NCBI GenBank assembly: GCA_964371275.1
Contig: CAYJLN010000002.1
Coordinates: forward strand, 1-31,488
Direction: 5' to 3'
DNA length: 31,488 nucleotides
Source: Candidatus Woesearchaeota archaeon
GTDB taxonomy: Archaea; Nanobdellota; Nanobdellia; SCGC-AAA011-G17; UBA489
Below, piece by piece: positions 9,440-18,197 of the stretch; positions within the stretch are counted from its first letter, which is position 1; each line of letters opens with the position of its first letter. The notes under the pieces are model-generated. The model did not search any database and was not told the origin of the DNA. It was given only the letters and a program-made list of their open reading frames with translations. The position numbers were made by a program, and so were the translations under genes.

Positions 9440-10138
9440 TTATAACACTCTCACAATTTTACTTTCAACTTCTCCATGTGCAATTTTATTCAATTCAGAC
9501 AGCAGATCTTCTTGGATTCCCGCAGGAATTTCCAAGACAGCAACTAAACTGCCGTCATTTTGCCATTCATCTTTGATAAGTTTGTAGCGCTTCAGATTGC
9601 CGTAGCAAGCGCCTGCATACTGAGCCGGAATTTTCACAGCCAGCTCACGAACCTCAAATTTCAGAGGTATGATCAAACGAACCTTCTTAATGACATCATC
9701 GAGCTGTTCTTCAGCGCTTTTAAAGTCATCGATATGGACTTTTGCTTCCTTTAACGCAGCCTCAATACGCTGCGGCGGATGAGGAAAGCCTGTCCTGCTG
9801 TCAATAGCGTTGCGGTGAATCAAATGGATAATCTTTTTAATCTTTTCCTCTCGCTGTGCAGCTCTATGCTTGGCAGTCAGTTGCACCTCTCCTTCTTTGA
9901 TGATGACGCTCGCAATCTCACGATAATCAGTGGTTTTAAAGACTTCTTGCAGAGTGGAATCAGCTATTTTCTCGCCCTTTTTTGCATCCTTCGAAATAAT
10001 GTCGCTCGCAAGAACGTCATCGAGAGGGGCGCTCTTTCCAGCCTTGAAATCAAGTGCCTTGTCGCAGTCCACTAATATTTCAAACGTATGTCCTGCTTTT
10101 TTCAGGCGGGCAATGACTGCTTCATCAACACGTACCAT
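9440..10138 (-). CDS. Ribosome maturation protein SBDS/Sdo1
   Basis: FEILVD, QLTAKHR, PHPPQRIEAALKEAKVHID and DEWQNDGS motifs. Confidence 0.95.
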   Translation of the reverse strand: MVRVDEAVIARLKKAGHTFEILVDCDKALDFKAGKSAPLDDVLASDIISKDAKKGEKIADSTLQEVFKTTDYREIASVIIKEGEVQLTAKHRAAQREEKIKKIIHLIHRNAIDSRTGFPHPPQRIEAALKEAKVHIDDFKSAEEQLDDVIKKVRLIIPLKFEVRELAVKIPAQYAGACYGNLKRYKLIKDEWQNDGSLVAVLEIPAGIQEDLLSELNKIAHGEVESKIVRVL

Positions 10139-10148
10139 AAGTCTTCAT

Positions 10149-10865
10149 CTATTTGTACTTGGAGATATCTTCTCGACTTAAGCGCGCAAATTGTTTGCCA
10201 GATGCATTCACCATGGCGCCATCAATGCGCTCAATGCTGAAATCTTTGCCGAGAGTTTTCTTTAAAATTGAAAGTGCTAATCGCAATCCCTCTTGGACAG
10301 TCATGGATTCTTTGTATTGCTTCGTTAGTTGTTCCTTTGCTTCGGTTTCAGCCTCACCGATAGCAGTTGCTTTGTACTCAAAGAAAATTCCTGTGGGATC
10401 AGTCACATACAGATGCAAATTGTCATCCGCACCAGCGAACATAATGCTCACGCCAAACGGTCGAGCGCCACCAACTTGCGTGTAAAGCTGTTTTAAATTG
10501 CAGATCTCTTTAACTAGCACTTCCGTAGGCATCGCCGTATCATACGTCACGCGATGTTGCTGGGCCATAATCTGGGCACGTTCAATGAGAATCCGCCCAT
10601 CACTCATGATGCCAGAAGCAGCAGCGCCAATATGGTCATCAATCTGAAAAATCTTGTCAACAGACTCAGGAACAATAAGTTTCTCAACAATGCGTTTGTC
10701 AGCAACAAGAACGACGCCGTCCTTGCAGACCATGCCAATGGCGGTAGTGCCTTGTTTCACGGTCTTCTTTGCATATTCTACCTGAAGTAGTCGCCCGTCT
10801 GGGCTGAACATCGTACTCGTACGATCATAACCCATCGCTTGATGTGACATTTCATCTGGTTGCAT
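10149..10865 (-). CDS. psmA: Proteasome subunit alpha
   Basis: GYDRTSTMFSPDGRLLQVEYA; RPFGVS. ATG 10865 lies 8 nt after an AAGGAGG SD. Confidence 0.97.
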   Translation of the reverse strand: MQPDEMSHQAMGYDRTSTMFSPDGRLLQVEYAKKTVKQGTTAIGMVCKDGVVLVADKRIVEKLIVPESVDKIFQIDDHIGAAASGIMSDGRILIERAQIMAQQHRVTYDTAMPTEVLVKEICNLKQLYTQVGGARPFGVSIMFAGADDNLHLYVTDPTGIFFEYKATAIGEAETEAKEQLTKQYKESMTVQEGLRLALSILKKTLGKDFSIERIDGAMVNASGKQFARLSREDISKYK

Positions 10866-10867
10866 GA

Positions 10868-11221
10868 TCAATGCCTCCTTTTTTCAATAGTCGTGGATAA
10901 TGCGTTTCGCAGCATACCTGAAACAGTGATGCTTCTCACGATCACGTTAGTATTTTTAATCTTTTTGACAAGCGCAAGTCCCGCACGAACGCGATCGACA
11001 ACCGTGTGATTCATCCGAATAACGCCTCGCTGTGGAACTTCTGGATTGACAAATTGAAGCCCTGCATGAGCGCATCCTAATTCGCCAAGAAAGCGGACAA
11101 GCTGTTCATGAATTCCAGAAGAATAATCAGTATACATCATGGGTTGGTCTGAAATCACCTCATAGGTGAGATAGCGTTTCTTTTCCCGTAACGTGGGTGA
11201 AAGTGATGGAATAGTCTTCAC
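10868..11221 (-). CDS. rnp2: RNase P protein component Pop5/Rpp14
   Basis: LSPTLREKKRYL and VSGML motifs; conserved position before psmA. Confidence 0.9.
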   Translation of the reverse strand: MKTIPSLSPTLREKKRYLTYEVISDQPMMYTDYSSGIHEQLVRFLGELGCAHAGLQFVNPEVPQRGVIRMNHTVVDRVRAGLALVKKIKNTNVIVRSITVSGMLRNALSTTIEKRRH

Positions 11222-11273
11222 CAGTGAGAAAATAACGTTCTCGTTTTCTCAGTCAACGTACCGATTCAAAACA

Positions 11274-11290
11274 ACTTTATAAAGGTTTCG
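11274..11290 (-). promoter_or_regulatory. Putative BRE-TATA for rnp2-psmA-exosome genes
   Basis: CGAAACCTTTATAAAG; the stop codon of the AbiEii-like gene lies inside the TATA box. Confidence 0.5.
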
Positions 11291-12044
11291 CAGAAACGCC
11301 GTCGTGATCGAGATACTGTGTAAAATGCCACGCAACTTGGGCGAAGTATGCGTCACTAAAGTCAATAGCGCTAAACACATCAGGCGGAAGAAGGTGGTTG
11401 AATGAACTAGTGATATCATCGCGGTGTGCAGGCGAACGGATATGATCGGCAACAGCACGAAGATAGTCTGGCGAAAGAACGTGATCATCCTCGCCATACG
11501 CACGAGCTTTATCCTGAAGCAGATGACTGCATGCGGGCGTTGTCAGCGTCATAAGATACGACAGGTCATAGAGGTCGCTTCCCTTGATGCTGCCTCGCGT
11601 ACGGTAACGAGAAAGGGTCGCAAGAATTTTATCCGCATAAAGTTCTAACGGGTCCTCAACAAGAAGCGCAGCGTGACGACGAGAAACGTGACGTGGTTCC
11701 ACAAGGCACGTCTGGCCATAGACTTCAACGTGCGTCGAAGGAAGATTTGCGCCTAAACCAAAGGAGAAACGTAAAAGGCGATGATGTGGGCCGACATGGG
11801 TTCTGAAGCTAGAAACCAGTTTTGTATAAGCAAGCGATTCAAACGCGTCAACAATACGCGATGATTCAATCGGAAGTGCATCGCTCACAAAATCAGCATC
11901 AGAAGGGTGACGAGGAGAACCATAGACAAAGTGAAGCGCAGCTCCACCTTGAAGGACCAGAACAGAGGGGAGGTAATGATGTTCAGCAATCTCCGTAAGT
12001 AATGTCTCAAGACTCTGACGGCGAAGAAGCTGAGTATTTTCCAT
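11277..12044 (-). CDS. AbiEii/AbiGii-family nucleotidyltransferase (type IV TA toxin-like)
   Basis: LQGGAALHFVYGSPRHPSDADF, ADKILATLSR and SDLYDL match the family pattern GGTAL...R.S.DLDF...K..A...R...D.YD. Confidence 0.8.
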   Translation of the reverse strand: MENTQLLRRQSLETLLTEIAEHHYLPSVLVLQGGAALHFVYGSPRHPSDADFVSDALPIESSRIVDAFESLAYTKLVSSFRTHVGPHHRLLRFSFGLGANLPSTHVEVYGQTCLVEPRHVSRRHAALLVEDPLELYADKILATLSRYRTRGSIKGSDLYDLSYLMTLTTPACSHLLQDKARAYGEDDHVLSPDYLRAVADHIRSPAHRDDITSSFNHLLPPDVFSAIDFSDAYFAQVAWHFTQYLDHDGVSAKPL

Positions 12045-12156
12045 AGGTTCACGAAAAAAGGATGGTTTATAAAGATTACGAATTTAACCATTTTAAAGTA
12101 ATAAAAAAGACATTTAAAGGGCTGCAAACAGTAATCGGCGAGAATTCTAGAATGAA

Positions 12157-12660
12157 TTACGAGATGACCTCAAGTGCTTTTGATTTCTTCGTAAACGACA
12201 ACGCATCTTTTGCTTCCTGAGGCGTCATGCCAAGCGTAATGCCAAAGCTCAGCAAGTCATGAGCACTGCACATCTCCCATTTTGTCTTGGCAAAAGAAGC
12301 AAGCACCATCTTCACCTTGAATTTTCGGCACAAACGAACGTTCTGCATCATGCGACCAAGCAGCACAATACGCTGGTCTGAAGAAACACGAGAAAGATCA
12401 GAGAGAGAAAAACCCATGGCAATCTGATTTTTTTTGGCAAGAGGAAGGAGCACCTGGTTAAATCCAGAGTGGCGGTGGTGAAAGGAATCATGGGATGCAA
12501 CGCGTTCTGCACCAAGAAGGATATCGATGCGTTTATCACTCAGAAGAGAGCGGTTCTTGTCAAGAGTACCTGCCTCGACAATGGTGAACTGTTTGGCAGG
12601 AAGTATCTGGGAGAATCCGAGCTCGAAAAAATCTCCGTCAAAACGAACAATATCAATCAT
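12157..12660 (-). CDS. rnp3: RNase P protein component Rpp30
   Basis: HHRHSGFNQVL, NVRLCRKFKVKMVLASFA and GMTPQEAK motifs. Confidence 0.85.
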   Translation of the reverse strand: MIDIVRFDGDFFELGFSQILPAKQFTIVEAGTLDKNRSLLSDKRIDILLGAERVASHDSFHHRHSGFNQVLLPLAKKNQIAMGFSLSDLSRVSSDQRIVLLGRMMQNVRLCRKFKVKMVLASFAKTKWEMCSAHDLLSFGITLGMTPQEAKDALSFTKKSKALEVIS

Positions 12661-13136
12661 AGCAATCGGGAAATCTGGGACGCTTTTAAACGTTTGGACG
12701 TGTCAATGACTTTAACGCGGTGCTTGTTTACAATCGCCTCAAGAAGGCACACCTCGAAAATTTCCGCATTCATATTCTCCTTGATCTTCTTCTGTGAGTA
12801 ATGTCTCTGTTTCAAGCGGCGACGAAGGACTTTAAGATTACATTTTGTAATAATGCATAAAGAAATGTACTGGTGCGACAAATAATGGCTCAGGTGAGAA
12901 TCAATAACTAAGTTCTTCCGTTCTTTTTTATAGCGCTTCATTACAGGAAGCACTGCCTTGTTCAGCTTCTGGAGGTTAACAACAGAGGTCTGAAGCGAGC
13001 GGTCATATGTTGAAGAAAGATGATATTTTTTAATAAAATCAGCAAGGTCGAGATAGTCTGCCTTCAATTTCTTCGCAAGTATTTTGGCAATAAAAGTCTT
13101 TCCCGTCGCAGGCGTTCCAGAAACAGCAATGATCAT
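12657..13136 (-). CDS. Adenylate kinase AK6/Fap7 family
   Basis: P-loop GTPATGKT; IDSHLSH; RLKQRHYSQKKIKEN. Confidence 0.85.
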   Translation of the reverse strand: MIIAVSGTPATGKTFIAKILAKKLKADYLDLADFIKKYHLSSTYDRSLQTSVVNLQKLNKAVLPVMKRYKKERKNLVIDSHLSHYLSHQYISLCIITKCNLKVLRRRLKQRHYSQKKIKENMNAEIFEVCLLEAIVNKHRVKVIDTSKRLKASQISRLL

Positions 13137-13138
13137 GG

Positions 13139-13816
13139 TTAGTCAATAGTTGTCCCGATAAATGACTGTCCTTTCAGTAATCGTGATAAATTTGACAGGT
13201 CAGGACCAACAATATATGTAGGCACATTATGGAGATAGATGATCTTCACCGCTCGTTGGTCAATGACGTAGTGCTGGCCCGGCTTGTATTCCATCGTACT
13301 CACATGGTCATAGAACGCTTTCAAGCCCATGTGAGGGACAAAATGCGCATCTTTTTCCGTCAGGGGATTTTTGTCATAGAACCCCTTAATGTTCGTCATG
13401 TTAATAAAACGCGTTTTAAAATAATTGGCAATTTCAGCTGCAGTTCCATCGCTCGTATTAGATTCGTGATACGCGAGTGCACCAGCAAAAACGACACGAT
13501 GGGTTTTTAATAGACGTTTAATATCGGCTAAAGAGTTGGGAATCTGCTGGCTCGCTAGTGAACCGAAAAATTTCGCCATAAACCGCGCATGAAAGCGGAC
13601 AATGCGAACACCAACCATCGCATATTCTTTTTGCGAGACTCCCTCTGATTCAAGAGCACGCATATATTTTCTCGCCGTACTTCCGCCACCAGTCACAATA
13701 ACAAACTTCCGGTCCTTACACCGAGAAATGAGTTTTTTGAAACGTCGTAAATACGACGTCTGAACATCATCGGGAACGATAAGGCTCCCGCCTAAGCTTA
13801 ACACCTCTACACGCAT
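13139..13816 (-). CDS. pyrH: Uridylate kinase
   Basis: SLGGSLI, VTGGGSTARKY and TSDGTAA motifs. Confidence 0.9.
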   Translation of the reverse strand: MRVEVLSLGGSLIVPDDVQTSYLRRFKKLISRCKDRKFVIVTGGGSTARKYMRALESEGVSQKEYAMVGVRIVRFHARFMAKFFGSLASQQIPNSLADIKRLLKTHRVVFAGALAYHESNTSDGTAAEIANYFKTRFINMTNIKGFYDKNPLTEKDAHFVPHMGLKAFYDHVSTMEYKPGQHYVIDQRAVKIIYLHNVPTYIVGPDLSNLSRLLKGQSFIGTTID

Positions 13817-13850
13817 ACCAAAAGAAAAGGACGGGACTATTTAAAATTAT

Positions 13851-14138
13851 TTATCCGTCAACAGTAAACAAGCGGTTGTCGTCAACGTCCCACAAGCCAA
13901 TGGTTGCTCCTGCATCAAGCCATCCATGCGCATAGTTCAGAGCAGCAAAAGCAGTCACCAAGTCTCCTTTGTCACAAAAATGCTTCGCATCACTTAAGTA
14001 ATTCTCAACCATCTCCAGAAATTCTTTTCGCGTCGTCTCCGTAATATTCACGTTTTCAAGGGCGCTTTTTGCCTTATCAAGCGCTTCTTCCGTAATCTTG
14101 AAGTATTTCGTCAGGCGTTCAGGAGTAATGGTATCCAT
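13851..14138 (-). CDS. DUF357-family protein
   Basis: YLSDAKHF..KGDLVTAFAALNYAHGWLDAG. Start moved to ATG 14138, which has a TATA box about 25 nt upstream. Confidence 0.85.
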   Translation of the reverse strand: MDTITPERLTKYFKITEEALDKAKSALENVNITETTRKEFLEMVENYLSDAKHFCDKGDLVTAFAALNYAHGWLDAGATIGLWDVDDNRLFTVDG

Positions 14139-14249
14139 AAAAAGAAGAGATGTTGAAGTCTTAAAAACGTTTCTCTTGGAATCGTGTATGTAGGTACTCT
14201 CAGATCTGTTTTCTCGCATAAGAGTTCTTTCTAAAGAGTAGTTAAGCAA

Positions 14250-14265
14250 GAAAAGTTTATAAATA
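14250..14265 (+). promoter_or_regulatory. Strong BRE-TATA with no annotated gene directly downstream
   Basis: GAAAAGTTTATAAATA. Confidence 0.55.
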
Positions 14266-14448
14266 ACGGGAATTTTTTGAGAATATGGTCCCCACAAAAA
14301 AGCTTAAAGGAGCAATAACAATTGACGACTCTGTAAAAAGTATATCTTTAGAGGCATCGTTAGTATGCCTACGAACGTGGACGTAAGAGTGTCAAAAACG
14401 AAAAACAATAAACAAATCCTTTTTAAATCACGAGTTAATGTTTTCTAG

Positions 14449-14808
14449 ATGCTCACCATCGTCCTCGATACCAGTTTTATTCTGACCTGTGTTCAGTACA
14501 GAATTGACATTAAAGAAGCTCTTCAAGATGCAATAGACCAGCAATTCACTATAGCTATTATCGACAAAACAAAAAATGAGCTCAAAAACAAGAAAGAGGG
14601 AAAACTAGCAGAGCAGCTTCTTGAAAAACTCAACCCAACAATCCTCACATCTCGACCAGAACACAATGTTGACACCGCAATCGCCTCTCTTCCTGCAGAA
14701 AACTGCATGGTAGCCACCCAGGACAGGGGCTTAAAAGAAAGGCTTAAAAAGAGGAGAATTCCCGTCCTGACTATCCGTCAAAAGAGGTATATCGAGCAGA
14801 GTGCCTAA
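14449..14808 (+). CDS. PIN-domain protein (Fcf1/Utp24-like)
   Basis: IVLDTSFI, VDTAI and VATQDRGLKERLK motifs; conserved position before rpoE'. Confidence 0.85.
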   Translation: MLTIVLDTSFILTCVQYRIDIKEALQDAIDQQFTIAIIDKTKNELKNKKEGKLAEQLLEKLNPTILTSRPEHNVDTAIASLPAENCMVATQDRGLKERLKKRRIPVLTIRQKRYIEQSA

Positions 14809-14822
14809 CCTATTGAGGTATC

Positions 14823-15407
14823 ATGTTTTACGAGATTACAGCGAGAAGCCACGTGAGAGTGCCGCCAAAGGCATTTAGTGAAAACACGGAAAAATCCATC
14901 AGGGGATCTTTAAAAGCACGTTTTGAAAACTTCATCTCAAAAGATTTAGGCGTCGTGATTGGTGTCACTGAGGTCGTGAAAGTCGGCGAAGGCATTATTA
15001 TCCCGGGCGACGGAGCAGCGTACTATGACACGACATTCAAGATTATTGTATTCAAGCCAGAGCTCCAAGAAGTCGTTGTGGGAAAGATCAACCAGATTTC
15101 TGATTTCGGAGCATTTTTAGAAATGGGGCCTTTAGACGGCATGATCCACATCAGCCAGACGATGGATGATTATGTCAGCTTCTCAAAAAGCAACACATTA
15201 ACAGGAAAAGAATCAAAGCGTTCCGTCAAAGTCGGAGATGTCTGTAAGGCACGTATTATTGCAATAAGCTACAAAGATATGGCAAACCCAAAGATAGGTC
15301 TCACGATGAGACAGCCAGCCTTAGGAAAAGAAGAATGGCTGAAAGAAGCAGTGAAAGTAAAACCGAAAGAAACAAAAGAGAGCAAATCAAAGGAAGAGAA
15401 GAAATGA
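14823..15407 (+). CDS. rpoE1: RNA polymerase subunit E' (Rpo7)
   Basis: IIPGDGAAYY, FGAFLEMGPLDGMIHISQ and KIGLTMRQPALGK motifs. Confidence 0.95.
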   Translation: MFYEITARSHVRVPPKAFSENTEKSIRGSLKARFENFISKDLGVVIGVTEVVKVGEGIIIPGDGAAYYDTTFKIIVFKPELQEVVVGKINQISDFGAFLEMGPLDGMIHISQTMDDYVSFSKSNTLTGKESKRSVKVGDVCKARIIAISYKDMANPKIGLTMRQPALGKEEWLKEAVKVKPKETKESKSKEEKK

Positions 15408-15586
15408 AAAAGGTCTGTAAAAAGTGCAAAATATTTGTTGAAGGAACAGCCTGTCCCATCTGTAAAGGAAACCAGTTTAGTGAAAACTGGAAAGGCAGAG
15501 TCTATATAGCTGATCCTCAAAAATCAATCATCGCAAAAAATATGGGAATCGCTGAAAAAGGAGAATATGCCATTAAGGTAAAATGA
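15404..15586 (+). CDS. spt4: Transcription elongation factor Spt4 (RpoE'')
   Basis: CKKC..CPIC zinc sites, FSENWKG, GEYAIKV; ATGA overlap start at 15404. Confidence 0.92.
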   Translation: MKKVCKKCKIFVEGTACPICKGNQFSENWKGRVYIADPQKSIIAKNMGIAEKGEYAIKVK

Positions 15587-15891
15587 TGATGGAAATCTTT
15601 CGCGAGAAAAAGAACGAACTGGTGAACAGAAAAGAGATTGTCTTTGAATACGATAATGCGGGAAAAAGCACGCCAAAACACGAAGACGTCCTTAAAATGG
15701 TGAGTGACGCAACAAAAAAAGCGCCGGATACAATCTCCATTAAAAAAATCGAGCAGCGTTTTGGTGGTGGGCGATGCAAAATAACCGCCTTTGTCTATGA
15801 TACGAAGGACTCAAAAAACAAGTATGAAATAATCAACAAAAAGAAAAAAGTGAAAAAAGACGAGCAGCCAGCTGCCGAACCAAAGAAATAA
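15583..15891 (+). CDS. rps24e: 30S ribosomal protein S24e
   Basis: KNELVNRKEI, TPKHEDV and FGGG motifs; conserved gene order. Confidence 0.9.
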   Translation: MMMEIFREKKNELVNRKEIVFEYDNAGKSTPKHEDVLKMVSDATKKAPDTISIKKIEQRFGGGRCKITAFVYDTKDSKNKYEIINKKKKVKKDEQPAAEPKK

Positions 15892-15893
15892 CC

Positions 15894-16073
15894 ATGGCAA
15901 AGAAAAAAGTGAAAAATAAAAAACCATCAGAACGATGGAAGAAATACAAAGTTGCCGGAGAAAAGCTCGAACGAGGCCAAAACTGCCCAAAATGCGGTCC
16001 AGGGATATTTTTAGCAGCCCACAAGGACAGGCTTTATTGCGGAACCTGCCATTTTGTCCAAATGAAGAAATAG
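15894..16073 (+). CDS. rps27ae: 30S ribosomal protein S27ae (59 aa), absent from the ORF track
   Basis: Hand translation contains CPKCGPGIFLAAHKDRLYCGTC. Confidence 0.95.
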   Translation: MAKKKVKNKKPSERWKKYKVAGEKLERGQNCPKCGPGIFLAAHKDRLYCGTCHFVQMKK

Positions 16074-16141
16074 AACCTTAATAGTCTAAGTAGCCTCTAC
16101 AAAAAGTAAAGTTTATAATATATAGTCTAAAGTATATATTT

Positions 16142-16485
16142 ATGGCTATACCAGACTCCAGCATTAGGAAATGGGCAAAGGAAGCACTACTATACATCAC
16201 AGAGTCAGGCGTTCCTATCGAAGATCTAATCGAAAAAGAAAGAAGGGAATTAGAACCTAAATTCCGAAATTTGGAAAAGATATCTGTAAAAAAGAGATAG
16301 GCAGGGCAACGAAAAGTCTAGCGGTAAAACTAGTAAAAGCAACCCCTCTGATCGACCGGCTTGATGAAGAAAAATTTCAGGGGCACGTTTCCAATATGGC
16401 TGTATTGATGGTCATGTATTCACTAGAATGTTCTTCGGATAGGAAATCTCCTCGAAATATTTATGATTATTTAGCAAACGTATAA
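16142..16485 (+). CDS. Hypothetical protein split by a -1 frameshift (52-aa ORF plus overlapping -1 frame; about 114 aa fused)
   Basis: ATG 16142 lies about 25 nt after a TATA box. Frame 0 stops at 16300. The -1 frame is open from 16261 to 16485. In-phase A_AAA_AAG sits at 16288-16294. Confidence 0.55.
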
Positions 16486-16571
16486 GAAATCATAATCTTA
16501 AAAATAGAAATATTTAAATATAATTAATACGCATCAAACAGTATATTCTCTGAGATTTGAGGTGGTAAGCA

Positions 16572-17096
16572 ATTCCTGAAAAAAGAGGTAATGATAAGGA
16601 CGTTGAAGATCTGTTTCTTAAGCTGACGATGCCTGGTCGTACGTTACGACCACAAACAGTCATAAAACGGGATGCAGTCTTCGAAGAAGAAGCACAACAA
16701 AAAGCAGTACCGATCCAGCAAGATCCTCAACCACAACCAGTGCAAACTCAGCAACCACAAGAACGACAAACGACCATTCAAGAACCACCAATAGAACAAA
16801 TGACACAGCAAGAAACGCCAGTCCAGCCCCAACAAATACCAGAATTAGTGACGCAACCAGTCATTCAACCAGAACCAGTAATAATTCCTGAACCACCAAT
16901 GCCACAACCGACTCCAGAACCGGAAATATCAACACAAGAACCTGTTCGAGAATCAATTGTCAAGCAAGCAGAAATTCGACCATCAGCGCCAGTCACTGCT
17001 AATGAAGAATCAGCAGAACCAAAATTATCAGGAAACTATCAAGATAGGAAAAAAATCGAAGATTTAGCGCGAAGGATCTTTAATTCTAATCGGTGA
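16572..17096 (+). CDS. Pro/Gln/Glu-rich low-complexity protein; likely ATT start (first ATG at 16629)
   Basis: GAGGTG SD 7 nt upstream of an in-frame ATT; in-frame TAA two codons upstream; central QPQP/PEP repeats. Confidence 0.65.
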   Translation: MPEKRGNDKDVEDLFLKLTMPGRTLRPQTVIKRDAVFEEEAQQKAVPIQQDPQPQPVQTQQPQERQTTIQEPPIEQMTQQETPVQPQQIPELVTQPVIQPEPVIIPEPPMPQPTPEPEISTQEPVRESIVKQAEIRPSAPVTANEESAEPKLSGNYQDRKKIEDLARRIFNSNR

Positions 17097-17277
17097 AAAA
17101 AGCAAGTATAACCCGAGGAAGTCGACTCCGAAGAGCGGACCTCCAGGGGAAAAAGAGGTGATAAAAAATCTGGAGTGGAACTTCTTTATAAATGTTTCGG
17201 TTGTAACTATTTTAAAATAGTAACACAAACAAGCCAAAACTATATATAGCAACAAGGCAAGAAATGACTGAAAGACC

Positions 17278-17982
17278 ATGCAGGACCAAATATACGACCT
17301 ATTAGTGCAAAAGGACGAAGTCACGTGGCAGAGCTTGATCTACGAACTCGTCAAAACAGATCAGCTAAACCCATGGAATATTGATATTAGTGTCTTGACC
17401 AAACGCTATCTTGAAACAGTAAAGAAAATGAAAGAGCATAATTTCTTTATCTCAGGAAAAGTGCTCTTAGCATCAGCAATTCTGCTTAAAGTAAAATCAA
17501 ACAAGCTCGTCGAAGAGAATCTCATGGACTTCGATAACATGTTGTTCCCTCGGGAAGAAGACTTGCTGGAAGACCAAGACTATGAGATACAGCAAAAAAT
17601 AAGGTATGACGCACCAGAACTATTAATCAAAACGCCGCAGCAGCGAAAGAAACAGTTAACCTTGAACGATCTGATGGAAGCATTAGAAAAGGCATTGAAT
17701 GTCGAAGAAAACAGAAAAATTCGCGCCATGGATCGAGTCATTGCAGAGGCAGTCATCCCTGAAAAAACGATCGACATCACAAAACTACTTGCTGGCCTGT
17801 ACGAAAAAATTGTCAATATGTTCAGCGCAAGATCGAAACTGACGTTTTCCGAACTCGTCAATTCAGAAAAGAAGGAAGATAAAATTATCACGTTTATTCC
17901 GCTCCTCCATTTGGATGCGCAGCAGAAGGTTGATTTATCGCAAGAGCGGGCATTTGGGGAGATTGACATTAAAGTACCATGA
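17278..17982 (+). CDS. scpA: Segregation and condensation protein A (kleisin)
   Basis: LNPWNIDISVLTKRYL, SGKVLLASAILLKVKS, TFIPLLHL and LSQERAFGEI motifs. Confidence 0.92.
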   Translation: MQDQIYDLLVQKDEVTWQSLIYELVKTDQLNPWNIDISVLTKRYLETVKKMKEHNFFISGKVLLASAILLKVKSNKLVEENLMDFDNMLFPREEDLLEDQDYEIQQKIRYDAPELLIKTPQQRKKQLTLNDLMEALEKALNVEENRKIRAMDRVIAEAVIPEKTIDITKLLAGLYEKIVNMFSARSKLTFSELVNSEKKEDKIITFIPLLHLDAQQKVDLSQERAFGEIDIKVP

Positions 17983-18197
17983 TGTGGTCTGGATGGTTCG
18001 GATTAGGAATTGGAGCGATGGCGCTGTTTATGCTCATCCCTCTAGCACTCGGCGTTTTCTGGATTGTCATGCTTATTGACTGCCTCATGAGGCCATTTAA
18101 AGATAAATCAGAGAAACTCATCTGGATACTCGTCTTAATCTTTACTAATATTCTGGGCGCATTGATTTATTATTACCTTGTCAAGCGAAAAAAATGA
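17979..18197 (+). CDS. Small two-TM protein with a PLDc N-terminal-like domain
   Basis: FWIVMLIDCL...KLIWILVLIFTNILGALIYY pattern. Confidence 0.8.
   Translation: MMWSGWFGLGIGAMALFMLIPLALGVFWIVMLIDCLMRPFKDKSEKLIWILVLIFTNILGALIYYYLVKRKK

Noticed and set aside
6226-13510. Plus-strand ORFs opposite the exosome, proteasome and RNase P genes (e.g. 7587-7910, 8032-8478, 8812-9357, 12469-12801)
   Set aside because: Antisense shadows of well-identified genes, with no motifs of their own.
16700-16960. Repetitive CAACCA/CCAGAA runs as a possible tandem repeat or CRISPR
   Set aside because: These are codons of the Pro/Gln-rich protein; there is no fixed repeat-spacer period.
17093-17250. Short ORFs between the P/Q-rich gene and scpA (one with YKCFGC)
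   Set aside because: No frame combines a convincing start with length, and the region contains TATA-like promoter sequence.
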